A DNA stretch of 64,000 nt from Chara braunii (taxonomy: Eukaryota > Plantae > Charophyceae). The stretch is from assembly GCA_003427395.1 (NCBI GenBank), contig BFEA01000007.1, positions 4,145,565 to 4,209,564 on the forward strand, read 5' to 3'. Numbering within the stretch: position 1 is the stretch's first letter; the number at the start of each line of letters is the position of its first letter. Made by a program: the position numbers and the translations under genes. This document shows, in pieces, positions 24,701 through 38,479 of this stretch. The notes below the pieces were generated by a model. That model was not told the DNA's origin, did no database searches, and worked only from the letters and a program-made list of their open reading frames with translations.

Positions 24701-25221
24701 TGTTACGGACTCAGCCAGGGCTCGATCCCTGGTCCGAGGGTTACCAACTGCCAGGCTGCTATTTCATTTTCGAGTCTCTGATCTCCGGTTCTTGACTGTT
24801 GGCGCCGTCTGCAGTTGGCGCCCGTTCTCAAATCCCTCCTCTGGCACTTCCGGATTTCGATACTTGGTGCCATCCGGCATTCTGACGCCCAGGCTCAGAC
24901 CTTCGATTTTGAGTTCAGCCCCGAGGCAAACTGCACTTCTGCCCTCAGGACTCAACTTGAGTCCGGTACTTGATACCGAACTCAAGCTGAGTTCGGGCAT
25001 TCAGTTTTCAGCCTCAGTGCTTGTCTTCAGTGTGACTTGCTGCGACATTGTGTTCGGAATCCAAGATTGCGACTTTGCGACGTTGCCACTTTGTGTCTGC
25101 GTCCGTCGAGTCGTGTCGAGTCTGCGTTGAGTTGAGTGAGCGTGTGTGTGTGCTCTCACTCTCTCTCTCTCTCTCCCAGTCTCGCTGCTCTGCCTCAGCC
25201 CCGTCACACTGGTATCGGAGC
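24701..25221 (+). mobile_element. Probable LTR (TGTTAC...GTCACA) followed by a tRNA-iMet-type primer-binding site
   Basis: TG..CA ends with a short inverted repeat at 24701-25208; TGGTATCGGAGC at 25210-25221 is one mismatch from canonical TGGTATCAGAGC; no partner LTR found. Confidence 0.55.
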
Positions 25222-26199
25222 GGCAAGCGGCCCTCCCTCTGTCCCTGTTCCAGCGCTGCCACGTCATCGACATCGTCACCATTATCATCGTCTCCAGCGC
25301 TGCCACGTCATCACCGTCGTTGTCATCTTCGTCGTCGTCATCACTGCCACTTCAGCGCCTCGTACCTGCCGTCGTCGCGCCACACCAGCAACTCCTCGTC
25401 CTCATCGTCGCTGCCACATCATCGATCTCGAAGTTGACGCGCAGATAAGTGACCGCCAATTTTTATTTTTTTTCCCCTCTGCCTCTCTGCTCTTCTCTTC
25501 TTACCTCCTCTCTTCTTTCATTTCTTCTCCTCCCTCCTTTTTCCTCGCTTCCACCTCACATTGTTCTTCTTCCTCCTCGTCGTCGCCGTTGTCGTCGTCG
25601 TCGTCGTCGCTATTTTTTCTTCCTTCTTCCTCTTCTTCTTGTTCGACGATTCTCATTCTTCCTCCCCCCCCTCTTCTCTTTTCCAACCTCTCCCCCCTCT
25701 GATTCTTTCTCCCTCCCGGGACTTCGCGACCACCGCGCCATCTTTTTCCCCCCCCCACGCACCGGTTCCCCCTCACGCNNNNNNNNNNNNNNNNNNNNNN
25801 NNNNNNNNNNNNNNNNNNNNNNNNNNNNNNNNNNNNNNNNNNNNNNNNNNNNNNNNNNNNNNNNNNNNNNNNNNNNNNNNNNNNNNNNNNNNNNNNNNNN
25901 NNNNNNNNNNNNNNNNNNNNNNNNNNNNNNNNNNNNNNNNNNNNNNNNNNNNNNNNNNNNNNNNNNNNNNNNNNNNNNNNNACTACCCCCCGATCTCGAT
26001 CCTACGCCCCTACCCCGACACCAACCGGGATCCCCTTCCCTCGACATTCTCCCCCCCCACTGCGCGCTACCTTCTACCCCCCCATTTTAACCCTACCTAA
26101 TACGCTACTACCCAATCAATCATAGATAGGATCGCTCTGCCCTCGATTTACTTCATTAGTCATTTATTCCTCATTCCTTATTTTTGTTTTTATTTTTTT

Positions 26200-26515
26200 T
26201 TCTCTTTTTCAAAATTCATTTGAAATTCTTGTAATTTGGAAACTTACTTTGGAAGTAATTAATTATTTTTTTGACATTTCTTTTTCAAAAATTGAAAATA
26301 TTTTTAATTAATTCTTTTTCAAAAAATTTGAAAATACGTAGAATTAATTATTCTTTCTTGGCATTTCTTCCTCGAAATTCAAAAATTATTTTAGTTAATT
26401 CTTTTTTGAATTTTTTGTAATTCAAAAATATTTTAGAATTAATTAAATTCTTTTCTTTCTTGTAATCCGGAAATACGTAAGAATTAATTAATTTCTCTTG
26501 ACATTTCTTTGAAAT
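26200..26515. repeat. AT-rich degenerate minisatellite
   Basis: Repeated GAATTAATTA(A)TT(C)TTT and AAATACGTA motifs. Confidence 0.65.
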
Positions 26516-27481
26516 TGCGAGGATATGGGTCCTCGGCAGGCCTAAGGGGCCCCATGCAACAAATGTGCCCTCCCTAAGTGAAGGCGGGCCTAACAAATCG
26601 CCAGAGGCCCTAAGCTGAGAGCCAGTTTGTTGGGGAAACACAGGCCGAGCAGCAAGGAAATTCCACGGCCTTCTATGCTTTTCCGAAAGTGCAGGCCCTG
26701 GGGGAGATTTGCAGCCTCATACACAGACAGTTGAGGGGCCCAATGGAATGAGGCCCAGTAGCTGCACCAGAGGCGCAGCATCCTGGGGCCTACCGGAAGC
26801 TTCTGGACCCAGGCCCAGGCCAGCCAGGCTGCAAAGGCAGGTAGACTCTTTCCATATAGGAAAGAGCTTGCTGCCTGGAGCCTCATTCGGGCACTTGCAT
26901 GCTGGCGGCAGCGCTGCTGGAGCTGAAGCTCATGGGCTGCTGCTAGCGCTGAGCGGCGAGGTGCAAGCATGTGCGGTCGTGCTGAGAGCAGGGCCATAGC
27001 CCAGCCTCCATAGCTGGCGGGCTTGGATGTACAGTGAGGCGCAGGGGTGGTCGTCGGGTGTGCAAAGGGAAGACTTGGGAGAGAGACGAGGGAGAGAGAG
27101 AGAGAGAAGGATGATGATGATGATGATGTGAGGGCACATTCCTGGTATTCGCGATGGTCTGCATGAGAGACATCTTCAAGTTAAGCTGCTGACATCAACA
27201 GTTGCATTGTCAATTACTAGGCTAGTAGTAGCTGTGTAGGGAGTAGGCTGGGCGCCGAGCGCCAAGTAGGGAGATAGAGACTGGATACATATGTTGGTGG
27301 TGGCGAGAGCAAGCTTTCATTGACATTGTGACTTTCAGTGCTACGATTCTCCATTAGTGTTATATTGGTGCAATGCTGCTTTCTGAACACTATGATACAA
27401 TTTCGCTTTCAATGTGATTGTGCAATCTGAATATTGTCATCTCGCTTCTGTTCATTTTCCTTGCAATTTCGTATCAGAGCT
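26516..27481 (+). mobile_element. Possible second LTR (TGCGAGGA...TCCTTGCA) with a degenerate Met PBS
   Basis: Imperfect 8 bp terminal inverted repeat at 26516-27465, followed by GTATCAGAGC at 27471-27480. Confidence 0.4.
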
Positions 27482-28686
27482 GGTTCGAACTGCGCTCATT
27501 GGTTCTTCGCAATAGCTGTTCGGTGCTTCGCATGAGGTGTGGGGCAGTGATAAGGCTTGGGCGTTGAACGGTAGCCGGCCCAGGGTCGTGTGGGCACGCC
27601 AGGAAGCTATGTGGTGACATTAGGGTTGTACGCTGGATGATGAGAGCTCGCTGATGTGGCATTTAAGCCGAGGTGGAACTGCATTCTGCGGTTGGTTGTG
27701 CCAAGAAGAAATCTCTGGTTGGGGGCAGCATTATGAGGTACGTTGCTTCCTTCCTTATCTACCCTCTTCATTGCTTCTTACCGTGAGGAAGTGAGTCTTG
27801 TCTTGAGAGTCCTCTCAATGTGAGGTGTCACGAGCGCTCAACCTTGAGAGTCAACATTCTTCCTGGGCAGCAAGCTGGTGGGAGACGGGCATCGCCTCTG
27901 AAGGGCCCTGGACGAAGCACTCGGGTCACGGTCACCATGCCAACCCGCTGGGACTAGTGCACGCATGCTTTGCCGCAAGTCCTTGGTTCTGCTGCTGCAC
28001 AATAGAGGTCATGCAGGGCATGCCAACCCTTTGAACAAATGCTTACCAGACCATCTCTAAATATTTCTGGCGGGGACTCAGTGTTGATTCTGGCTGTGAT
28101 CGTCGTCCTGTCTGCGACGTTAAATAATTCTTGAGGAGTTACGGGGGATCTCCTTAAATGCCTCCTGATCAGCCAGATCAAACCGGGTGTAAGGCTCGTT
28201 GCATGCGAGGATAAATAATGTGCAGGGGCTGGCAGGTTCGGCGTTGACTAGGGGCACAGGGGTGGGCCGGATTGCACACCTTTAGACACACTGCTCAACC
28301 AAAGTGACTACTCAAGAGGGATACAAGGAAAGGGTTGGATTCCGGTAACTGTTCGTGGTGGCATTAAGTAGATAAACTGCCATCCAGCATACATCTTTGC
28401 AGGGAACATTATTTTTATTTTTTGATTATTTAGTTGTTATGGACTTGACTAACAACTGACAAACAACTGCAGATAGAGTATATTCTTTGCTGCATTGCAA
28501 TCTGTATTAGAGTAATCTAAAAATAAATTTAATATTCCCTGTAGGATCTGACACTGGGTGACACCTAACCACCTAATTGTTTTTGTCCAGGTCGATCGAA
28601 GTTAGTTGTGTATCATAATCGGTTGTGTGTCATGCTGAGGTAGGATTCAGTGTGGATTCTAGTTTAGATCACACACACTGTAGCTC

Positions 28687-30520
28687 ATGAGTGATGCAAG
28701 CACTAGTGAGGAGTTGTTAGTGGACGACCGTAGGACTACTCGTAGAACTGCTCTCAATCGACCTTTTACTTTCCTAGAGTTAGGTCCAGGAGGCGAGAGG
28801 AGACTGCAGAGAGAGGCTAGAGAGAGAACAGCAGCAATAAGAGCGAGGGTTGATGAGGCCAGTGTCAGGTCTAGGATTACAGCTAGCACCGGTACGAACA
28901 TGGCTACTTCCTCTACCATGTCGCAGGCCTCTTCACATGCCACTTCGTTAGGAGTCAGTCAGAGTGGTTCTCAGGCTTCCATTAGCTAGATCGCTGGCTT
29001 GCAAGTCTTCCAGCAGGCTCAACTCACGCCGGAGGATTATGAGATCCTCCACGCATAAGAACTTCAGGATGCGTTACAGCGGCAGTTGGATGAAGCAACA
29101 GAGAGAAGAAGAAGAGCATATATGAGAAAAGCTAGACTAGGTAGTAGATTGCAGGAGCTAAGCAGATTAGAAGCATTAGATGAGTCAACGCTTGACCCTG
29201 CGATGCGAGCGCTGGGTAACTCGCTTCTGTGTGTGGTGGAGACGCAGGTAGTTCAACAGGAGGTGTTGGGTGATTAGTGGCTGGCCAGAAACGAATTCTG
29301 GCTGCACTACAGGCTCCTCGTTCAGTGATGAGGCAACCTCAGTTTGCTGTAGCTCCCCCTTCGGTTCCGGGTCCATCAGTGACGTCGTCGCCGGTAGGGC
29401 CTTCATTCTCACCTATGTTTGGCATGCCCCGTCCAGGTGGTTATGTGGCGACTAGTGGTCCGGTCCTTAGAGTCTCAGCCGTACCATTGACGACAGTGGT
29501 TACTACAGTCCCACTGTCAAGCCAGGCCCAGGTTAGTGTGCAGCAACCTGTTTCGGTGGCTATGCAGGCACTGCAGCAATCCTCTCGGCCAATGCAGCCT
29601 ANNNNNNNNNNNNNNNNNNNNNNNNNNNNNNNNNNNNNNNNNNNNNNNNNNNNNNNNNNNNNNNNNNNNNNNNNNNNNNNNNNNNNNNNNNNNNNNNNNN
29701 NNNNNNNNNNNNNNNNNNNNNNNNNNNNNNNNNNNNNNNNNNNNNNNNNNNNNNNNNNNNNNNNNNNNNNNNNNNNNNNNNNNNNNNNNNNNNNNNNNNN
29801 NNNNNNNNNNNNNNNNNNNNNNNNNNNNNNNNNNNNNNNNNNNNNNNNNNNNNNNNNNNNNNNNNNNNNNNNNNNNNNNNNNNNNNNNNNNNNNNNNNNN
29901 NNNNNNNNNNNNNNNNNNNNNNNNNNNNNNNNNNNNNNNNNNNNNNNNNNNNNNNNNNNNNNNNNNNNNNNNNNNNNNNNNNNNNNNNNNNNNNNNNNNN
30001 NNNNNNNNNNNNNNNNNNNNNNNNNNNNNNNNNNNNCGACAGGAAGAAGGATGAGGATTTGGATACCTGGGTAAGGACGGTGCCTACTTATGTGAGGCAC
30101 AAGCTTACCAGGTCGGAGCAAGAAGTTGTAGCGGCTGCCTTTTTTCTAGAGGGGTCAGCAGTCCGCTGGTTGAATGGCCTAGTGTAGCAGCAAGGCTACG
30201 GCTAGAACTTCGATGCTTGGGCCCAGGCCCAAACATTGGAAGAGTTCGTACGGTTCGTGTATAATAGGTGGCATGACCCGCAAGGGGCCCAAAGGGCTAT
30301 AAATGCGATCAACAGTCTTTGTGCCAGAAGGTACTAGAATGTTAGAGAACTCACGAATACCGTAGAACGTCTGCTCGTGGTACCCGGTGTGCGCTATGAC
30401 CAGCAGGTACTCCTTACGGATTACCTTACATGTCTACCTTCAGAGGCTAGGACAAAGCTGGTAGATGAGGCCTATGTTGAACAACACAACTTCGCCTCCT
30501 TCATCAAGAAGGCCCTGTTA
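28687..30520 (+). pseudogene. Ty3/gypsy gag remnant
   Basis: Stop-interrupted frame; after the gap it reads DLDTWVRTV..AAAFFLEGSAVRWL..TLEEFVRFVYNRWHDP, a retrotransposon gag-like signature. Confidence 0.75.
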
Positions 30521-30549
30521 GACTGCAGAAGTATAAGGCTAGCAGTCTA

Positions 30550-31505
30550 GTGGAAAACTACGGCTGCATGTGTGCTTCCTCTTTTTATAACTACTACAAG
30601 CAGAATCTCGAGGAGGGCATGTATCTAGTTTTTGTCTCTGACAAAGGGGAGGCCGTGAAAACACCCGTAGAGATAGAATCAGTCGTCGCTCAATATTCAA
30701 ACCTTTTTGAGGAGCCCACAGGCGTGGTAGAAAGGGAGGTGGTCCATGCGATAGAGGTTGTCCTAGGTAGCAAGGTGCCTAGAGGACGAATCTATAAGAT
30801 CTCTCCAGAGTTGGATAAGCTCCGCCGCCAACTCAAGGAACTCACAAAAAAGGGATGGATTCGGTCCAGTACCTCCCCTTACGGTGCGCCTGTCTTATTT
30901 GTCCCAAAGAAGGGAGGTACCGTGAGGATGTGCATTGACCATAGGGGCCTCAATGCCATCACTGTTAAGAACGAGGAACCCCTACCCCGCATCGACGAAC
31001 TCCTGGATAGAGTGCAGGGAAGCCGGTACTTCACCAAGATAGACCTGAAGTTCGGACACCATCAAATTGCCATCAGACCTGAGGACCAATACAAAACCGC
31101 ATTTCAGATCAGGTACGGTCTGTACGAGTTTGTGGTGATGCCCTTTGGCCTATGCAATGCACCTGGTACATTCCAGCACGCGATGAACATGATATTTCAT
31201 GATTACTTAGACAAGTTTATCGTCGTGTACCTTGATAGTATTCTTATCTTTAGTAGGAATGTAGAGGAGCACGCTGAGCATTTGAAAATATTGCTAGATT
31301 TCCGTAGACAGCACCAGTACAAGGTTAACTTGGGTCATGAAATCTCAGCGGATGGATTGAGGCCAGATGATGCTAAGGTGGCCAGCATACGTGACTGTTA
31401 CTAAGGTCAGATCGTTTTTGGGGATGACGGGCTACTATCGTCCGTTTGTAAAGAACTATAGTACCATAGCTTCCCCATTAACATATCTAACTCGACTGGA
31501 TACCT
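30550..31505 (+). pseudogene. Ty3/gypsy reverse transcriptase (inactive), truncated before RNase H
   Basis: SPYGAPVLFVPKKGG, RMCIDHRGLN, FTKIDL, VMPFGLCNAP; catalytic YLDD reads YLDS; VRSFLGMTGYYR follows a frameshift. Confidence 0.95.
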
Positions 31506-31561
31506 CTTGGGGATGTTTAGGTTTTATCGACATTTTAACTACGTGTACCTGTACTGCATCG

Positions 31562-31760
31562 AAAACGAGTAAACACCATTGATAGATCTACCTCTGCGAT
31601 TGCAAGTTAAAACTTTCGTATGTGGATCGGTAGTAGGGATACATCCCTAAGGGTGGTGACAACCTCTTAGGGAAGGAAAAAGTTATGCCTCCCAAGAATT
31701 TGTCCCGTCCTAGGGGACCACAGGAGGTATGCCTAGCGCACTTGGCAAAACTGGTGAAAA
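31562..31760 (+). ncRNA. Structured repeat motif, copy E
   Basis: GATCTACCTCTGCGATTGCAA..GTGGATCGGTAG..CCCTAAGGGTGGTGACAACCTCTTAGGG..TGCCTCC..GGAGGTA..GCGCAC. Confidence 0.5.
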
Positions 31761-32639
31761 GTTGAAAACTGTGTTTTGACGACGCGGGGTTTTACATTGT
31801 CTCTAGGTCGTTTTTCTACTAAACTCTAAAGTGATGCGTTTGGGAGGACTTTTTGTCCGAAGGCGAGAGCCGATGCGCTTGGCACTGAGACATGTGCACC
31901 ATCGAACGTTGTTCGATGTGGACATAAGGGGTTTGTTGTTGTTCTATATTAGTAAGTTATTAATTAAGATTTCCTCACATGGTGCGGGTGTTGATGACAT
32001 TCCGCATTTTTTCAAGTTCCCCTTTGAGGGCGACCCAGGCCCCCTTGTGAAATGTGGGGCCCTTCTTGAGGATTCGAGTCCACTCGGGTGGAATTGAGAA
32101 AGCCAAAGTGTTCATAACAGTCACTAGGTTATGGCAGTACTTCAATTTTTTTCTCAGGTTTTGGAGGGTGATGCAATCCTCCTCCTGCTACGCCCAGATG
32201 TCGCCCACCCTCACAACCCTTCGCTTTACTCAACCCTTCTATGAGTGGTGTGTGCTAATGAACACTCTGTTGTAGGAGTTCGTGATCCACCTCTTTCCAA
32301 AGAGGGGCTGTCGGAAAAGTTCCTCGCACCTTGAAAGCGGTACCTTGTCCGAGAGGGGGAGTTTTCACCATGTCTTAAAGAGGGTGGGCCAAAATGTGTC
32401 GTTCGGGATATCCTTCCTGGCAACCTGCCTATTGTTGTTGCTGGACGTAGCGACTTGCGAAACATGGGGTGATGTGAGGGGAGGTGGGAGGGGCCAGCCT
32501 GGCCAATTGCTTGAGCGTCAACATTCTCAGGGTGGAGTGAAGAGCAGACTCTTGATCGATTATATAGATAACACCATTGGCTGGGAGGACGGTGTCACAC
32601 TTTTTTCGATCGGGCCACGTCGGGCGACCAGAAAGCCAA

Positions 32640-33000
32640 GTGGCTGACACATAAGATTTTGTTGATGTCGTTTGCAATAAATAAATAAATTGAATAAAGT
32701 AAATCCCTTCCTGTTGTGTGCGTCCGGCTTCAAGCAAGACCCTTCAATTGTGGTCTAATCTTTTATTTTCATTCAGAACATCAAAGATTATGCAAATAAT
32801 AATCATGAAATTCTGGTGTGCATACATATATCAATTCTGCCAGTTTTCTAATTTTCAAAACTGTGACAAGATCATCACAAAGCATAATCACCAAGCGAAG
32901 TCAATGGAAAAGGAGCAACACTGATTGACCCAAGACATGGGCAGATGAATGAGGGAAAAGTGAGAACTCATAACAATCTCAGAAAGTACAGATGAATAGA
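32640..33000 (-). repeat. Dispersed repeat, inverted homolog of 5150-5512
   Basis: Reverse complement aligns: CACACAACAG.AAGGGATTTA, ATTTATTTATTTATTGCAAA, GATCTTGTCA.AGTT, TCCCTCATT.ATCT. Confidence 0.8.
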
Positions 33001-36000
33001 CATGGCCAACACACCTCAAGAGTCCTCACTCATCCCTCTAGAGCCTCATTATCAATCTCTCGTTTGGTTGTGCGTCTCTTGTGCCTCGAGCCATGCCTAT
33101 GTACCTCGTGAGATTGTGGCCTCGAGATGTAGAGCCACCTAAACCCTGCAAGTTCCGAACACTTTCATGCAAGGCTCATGATATGGAAATCAAACATGGC
33201 ACATAAGTCCTCCCACAAGGTAGGAAGATATGGCTTGGAGAAAACCCCTCGTCTGTGGTGTCTGAACTTTGAGGGTTCGGTCACGACCTCATAGTCAATT
33301 TCCGTTGGAGAGATGTACCTCTTAGCTAGGTCAACCAAGTCACCCCAGCAGGAGCCGTCCTTGAAAGGGAAGGGAATCGAAGGCTTGGGATGATACGTGT
33401 AGAGCTTGGGTCCAAAGCTACTGATCAGCTTTGTCCCACTCTTGTCAAACTCTCGCTCTCTCCTCAAGGTTCTTTGTTGTTGAGACCCAGTCTGAGTCGA
33501 AGAGCTCATGAGTTTCCTTTCCCCTCTTCACATAGACTATCAAGTCATGAATGGTACCTGCTGCAAAACTCGTGAGAACAACGAACATGGACAAGTTTTC
33601 TTGTCTGAAGCCTACTGCACTAACACATTGATATCGAAAGGCATCCTTGAGATCGACCTTGTTAAGACTGACATGGACTGATTCACTGATTGGGAACGAC
33701 TTGCATATACTCGTGTGCAAAAGTGGATATCCAAATTGTCTTTAGTGTCTCTTGATGATTACAGTTTGACTGTTACGGTCTGCAAGAGTCAAAGGGGACA
33801 TCCGCATGGCGATTGGCTTCAACTGACGTTTTACTGATAACTTTTTTGATCATGGGATGCTATTGAACTGACAATTTACAGAATGTTGATCAGTTGATGA
33901 CGAAATGCTGCACCAGTTGCAGATGATTGAAATGGCATTTGTTGGCTGGGATGCAGGTAGGATTTTCAAGAGGAAAGTATGGCACCTGTGAGCTCACCTG
34001 AGCCTCGCCCTGGCGAGCTCCACCGTCTCGAGTGACGAGCTTGTGCTGTTCAACTTGCTGCCGTGGTCATAAAAGTAAAATACATATTCGATATACTTTT
34101 CTTCCCCAACGATCCGGACCGCATGTTCTCGCTGTGTTTGCTTATGATGATCCATATCCTGACAGACCTCTTCCTCCCATCCCTCCCTCATCTGTTACAT
34201 TTGTACTTCATCACTAGGACCTCTTGGTCCTTCATGCTCTCTTTCTTCTCCTAGTCACCACTTTACTAAGAGCAGGGAAGGTAGGGAGCTGATACCAACT
34301 TCAGTAAGACCGAGTATCACTCGACAACCAGATCCCGGGTCCTGATTCCACTGACGGAGTGTTCACCGACGGTAAAGTGTGGCCTTAATTTGTTCAGCTG
34401 CCACGGATCTGTCTGACGACTAAAGACTGACTGAGTGACGAAGAGCATTGGTAGATGGTCACGATTGTTGTCTTAGATGTTTGATAGCTAACGAGTGTTG
34501 TAATGACTATGGGCCTCAGTCAGCCGACAATGGGGTTAAGATCCGTCTTGCTGACTTACACTCGCTTAGAAGTCGGTTGTAGCCCGCTCAGTCATTACAA
34601 GTTTCTCCAACGAAGAGTACAGGCTTTACCTTCAGTTACCCGTAGTAGGTGCCCCACTGAGACTGTCTAGTCAAGGGGGGGGGGGGGGGGGGGGGGGGGG
34701 GGGTGTAGTAATTAGTTTGCTGATGTAGCTTTCCCCATTAGCCGTACAGTCCTTTCCTGATTTTAGAGTGACGGGTAGGATGCTGAACTCGCGAGTTACT
34801 GAGCTTGACCTTACCTGGGTTCAGAGCTGCTTGCTAGCACGTCACCGGAGACGGCCGCAAGTAATTTATGATTACTTTGCTTACAAATTTTCCCTTGGTT
34901 CTTCTTCCACTGAGGGCTCAATAGTTTCATAGATCAGAGCCCAAGTGCCTGATTCGTCATATATCGTTTTTTGCAAGCATCTCCTCACTAGTACGAGCCG
35001 GTGGAGGCCAATTGCAAATACTCACACTGCTTGTCACCAGGGTCACGCTGTAACGTATCCCATTTGTGCACTGCACGAAGTACCCTTGTACAATCACATA
35101 AACTCGAAATAACACTCCTGTTAAGCCAATCGTAAGCGGTATACACAACGTCCCCTTATGAGAAGCGTACAGGTACAACTTATGAGAAGCCAATCGTAAG
35201 CGGTATACACAACGTCTCAAAGGTACTGTTTTGTATGATTTGTGAGTCCTCCTTACGTCTCATAGGCTGCTAAAAGGGAATTTTCATCTTATGTATATAG
35301 CGCTCAGAGCTTTGACAAGACGCATAGTTGCTCCAATACAGTGCAGAATGCCGTTTGCTCACGACTCTTGCACCGTCCCTCGTTGCCCCTACTCGGGTAG
35401 AATACTATGTGTCATAGGCCTTTGCTTCTGTTCACAAGTGGTTCGAAGCTTCGTGAGAGTTCACTCTACTTGCACAACCATGTTAAACACAATCAACAAG
35501 TGCTTCCACTTGCATAATATAAAACTAAAACGACTTTGTCCCATCGTGTACTTGGGAAACCCTCTGTCGCAGCCCTCTCTTGTATACAACGCAGGGCACT
35601 ACTAGTTATAGTCGCGACCTGTATACAAGGTAGAATGCTCGTCAAGAGCGAGAGTCTAGAAAACATCTCTCGTAAAAGATTCCTCTTCACTTAGTATCAG
35701 AGGTCATCCAACACATTCAAAATTCACGTATCTCTCGACCCTTCCAGGGCGATTGCCCTCCATCTATTATACGAGGCAAGACATTTTTGAGTATTTAATG
35801 AGACATCACGGTAAATTACCAAACTCTTTGGAGACTTGTTGTGATCAATCACTCGTTTTTTTATTTGATCTCTTAGACAGATTACTCTCCACTCAGCATA
35901 ATCATTAATCCCCTTCAAGTAAGTACTTCGCCAAAAAGGTAAAGGATTGCCCTCAGAATAGCACTCCTTTTCCCCATCAAATCAAGCAAAAATCTTAAAG

Positions 36001-37458
36001 GGTAAGGATTGAGTTACCCGTAGATCTAATCCCCTAGACACTTCGAAAGACTCCCTCCATTTTGATGGGAAAATAACTAATCAAGCCAACGAACTTAAAA
36101 ACCACTCGAGACTCGAACAAAGTCTTTTTAGTTCCCTTCGCTATTGATTAATTGCTCATCAAGAAGGGCCAATATGCGATAGAAGGACGATATAGCAGGA
36201 GATAACAAGCTTAAAAAAAAAAAAAAAGGGGTGCTTAAAGCCTTATTTGTAAATCGAATTCCAACCGAAGACCTTTCGCCTTTTCGGAGAGTTCGCTCTT
36301 TGCCTCTTTTTTCACTTTTAAGCCCACCACCCCAGAAGACACTCGGCTTCCACCGACTCCTGTACAAAAGTCCTTTGAAGACGACACCCTAGTCAATGTG
36401 GCTTCTCAGTGGTAGCGAAGTCCAACCCGATATTGAGTCGGAGAATACAAAGATTGGTTTGGGCTTAATAGCCCCATGATTCTATCCGTTGTGGTGTCTT
36501 TCCAGCACAAACTGCTAACTCGTGATGGCGACGGCTTACAACAAACCGCAACCTAACTATCGTTTGTTAGGCGCATAATGAGCCGTTCTGGTCTGTGACA
36601 GTGTCGATTAGGCTGAACTTTTTCAGCCCGCGTAAATTGCCATCGTAGACCTCTCATCTGACTGTCAGTGCTAGAGCAACAGAGTTGATATTGATGGTGA
36701 ACTTGAGCGTAAAGAACCTCGAGAGGAGCCCCAGGAAAACCCTCACCCCTGTAGCACCTCTGCTTCTCTAATTGGCATAGTACGGTGACCACCTGTCTCT
36801 CACTCTTGCTAGATACAGTGCCCTTCAGGGAAGGCTAAAAAAGGGGGGGGCGTGCGGCGTAGCCGCTCGTTGAGCAATCACTGTTCAATCATTGGAGTGA
36901 ACGCTACTCTGTTATGAGTAGACATGGGCTTTCCTCCGTACACATCCAATCTCCCGCCTGATTTTGAAGAGGTCAACCCTCAAGCATCAATGCCCGTAGC
37001 TGTCTAACGAGAACTCGTGAATCATCGTATCATCCGACTAGAATCGGGGAACCAAGAGAGTGGTGGATTATTAATTGTAATAATGATAGTAACAACAAGC
37101 TTGTTTCCCCTTTATGTCAAGGACGAAACATACGACAACAGCTAGACTGTTTGCACGAAGAAGTGGATCCAACCAGTCAATTATGAGTTCTCATGCGCCC
37201 AACGAGCGGTTTGCAATATCTTGTTTCCCCTCTCCGATTGAGCTGCTAGTACAAACCTCTTGCACCATATTCGGTCTCGTCATCGTGGCAATGATGGTTA
37301 ACATGGACTGCGTGACAAGTGAAAACCTTAAAGTAGCCGTGAGATGCTTTAAACCATCTCATCTTCGCTTATCTTGATCAAAAGAAGAGGCTCGCTAGCG
37401 AAAGACAGAGATCACTTTGCAAGCAGCAACTGATGTCAACAAGGCAGGGGCACACTAG

Positions 37459-38429
37459 TTATCACTCGTTCCTCCTGAGTGGCTAGAAATAGTTTCCTCT
37501 GTTGGTTCACTCAGATAACTCTGTCCACGTAACGTCCTTCGTTTGTTAGACCACCCACGGAGCTCCTCTCAGTTTATCATCACATAAGATAAGACGACCG
37601 TTGGCGCAAGACGCATATCCCACTACGGAGTCGGAGACTTCGTTCTCAAAGAAGCACGAGCAAAGACTCTTGAGAGGATGACGTCAACCGTTGGAGCAAC
37701 GCCAGTCATCTCTCTATATGTTTTTTCTAACTTTGCGCACCGCACGACTATCGTCTCTCCGCCCCTTTCTCCCTCTTTCTCTGATTGTGACCGACCTCGC
37801 TAGTGACCGCCTAGCGTTCTTGGTTCCGTCCTGAGTTGGCCTCTGGGCCGCTCTCCACGGGCTCAACCGGTGGGTGGACCTTTCGCCACTGGTCCAACCC
37901 ATGTTAGGACGGGGTCTCTGCCCCGTTGAGGTCAGTCTCTCCCTCTGAGTCCTGATCCAGATATTGTTGCTCGTGTTCTGCCGTATCAGTGGAGGTTTTT
38001 CCACCTCATGATACGTGATTGTTACCCGCACCTCAGTTGTGACCGCATCCGTTCTGCGTCTCCGCTTAGCCCGGTTCTTGGCTTTCGTGGCCACCGCCTG
38101 CAACTCCGGGTCCCCTCCAATTTATTCCTCTCTCGCCCCTTCCATGTTAATCTTCAACTTGGTCTCATCTCCCCCGTCGTAATTGAGAATAGTGGTAATC
38201 CAGGGGCCCTCCCCGAACATCGGGGACCGGTGTGTTATGAGGTTCCAGCAATCTGGCCTATAGCCGTGCAACTCGTTCCTGCAAGCCGTAGCAGGACACT
38301 TTCAAAATAGCCAAAGTTTGGTGTTAGGTGCTCACGAACACGGACAGCCTACCACCTGCTCACTTCACGACCCTACACTTCGTCCCCAGATTATCCACGT
38401 TAGCACATCGAGGTTACGTGCGTGCGCCT
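37459..38429 (-). repeat. ~960 bp direct repeat, copy 1 (probably the 5' leader/gag start of the minus-strand element)
   Basis: Aligns end to end with 43432-44383 (TTATCACTCGTTCCTCCTGAGTGGCTAGAAATAG ... TAGCACATCGAGGTT). Confidence 0.9.
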
Positions 38430-38479
38430 TTGCCCTGTTCAGGATCTTGTCTATTTTCTAAGGGGCGGGACTCCTACAC

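Noticed and set aside
31900-32640. Possible LINE ORF2 C-terminal remnant on the minus strand (LAFSIPPEWTRIL)
   Set aside because: Only a vague motif amid many stops; not assignable by eye
34675-34703. Poly-G tract as a G-quadruplex element
   Set aside because: Homopolymer of uncertain true length with no supporting context
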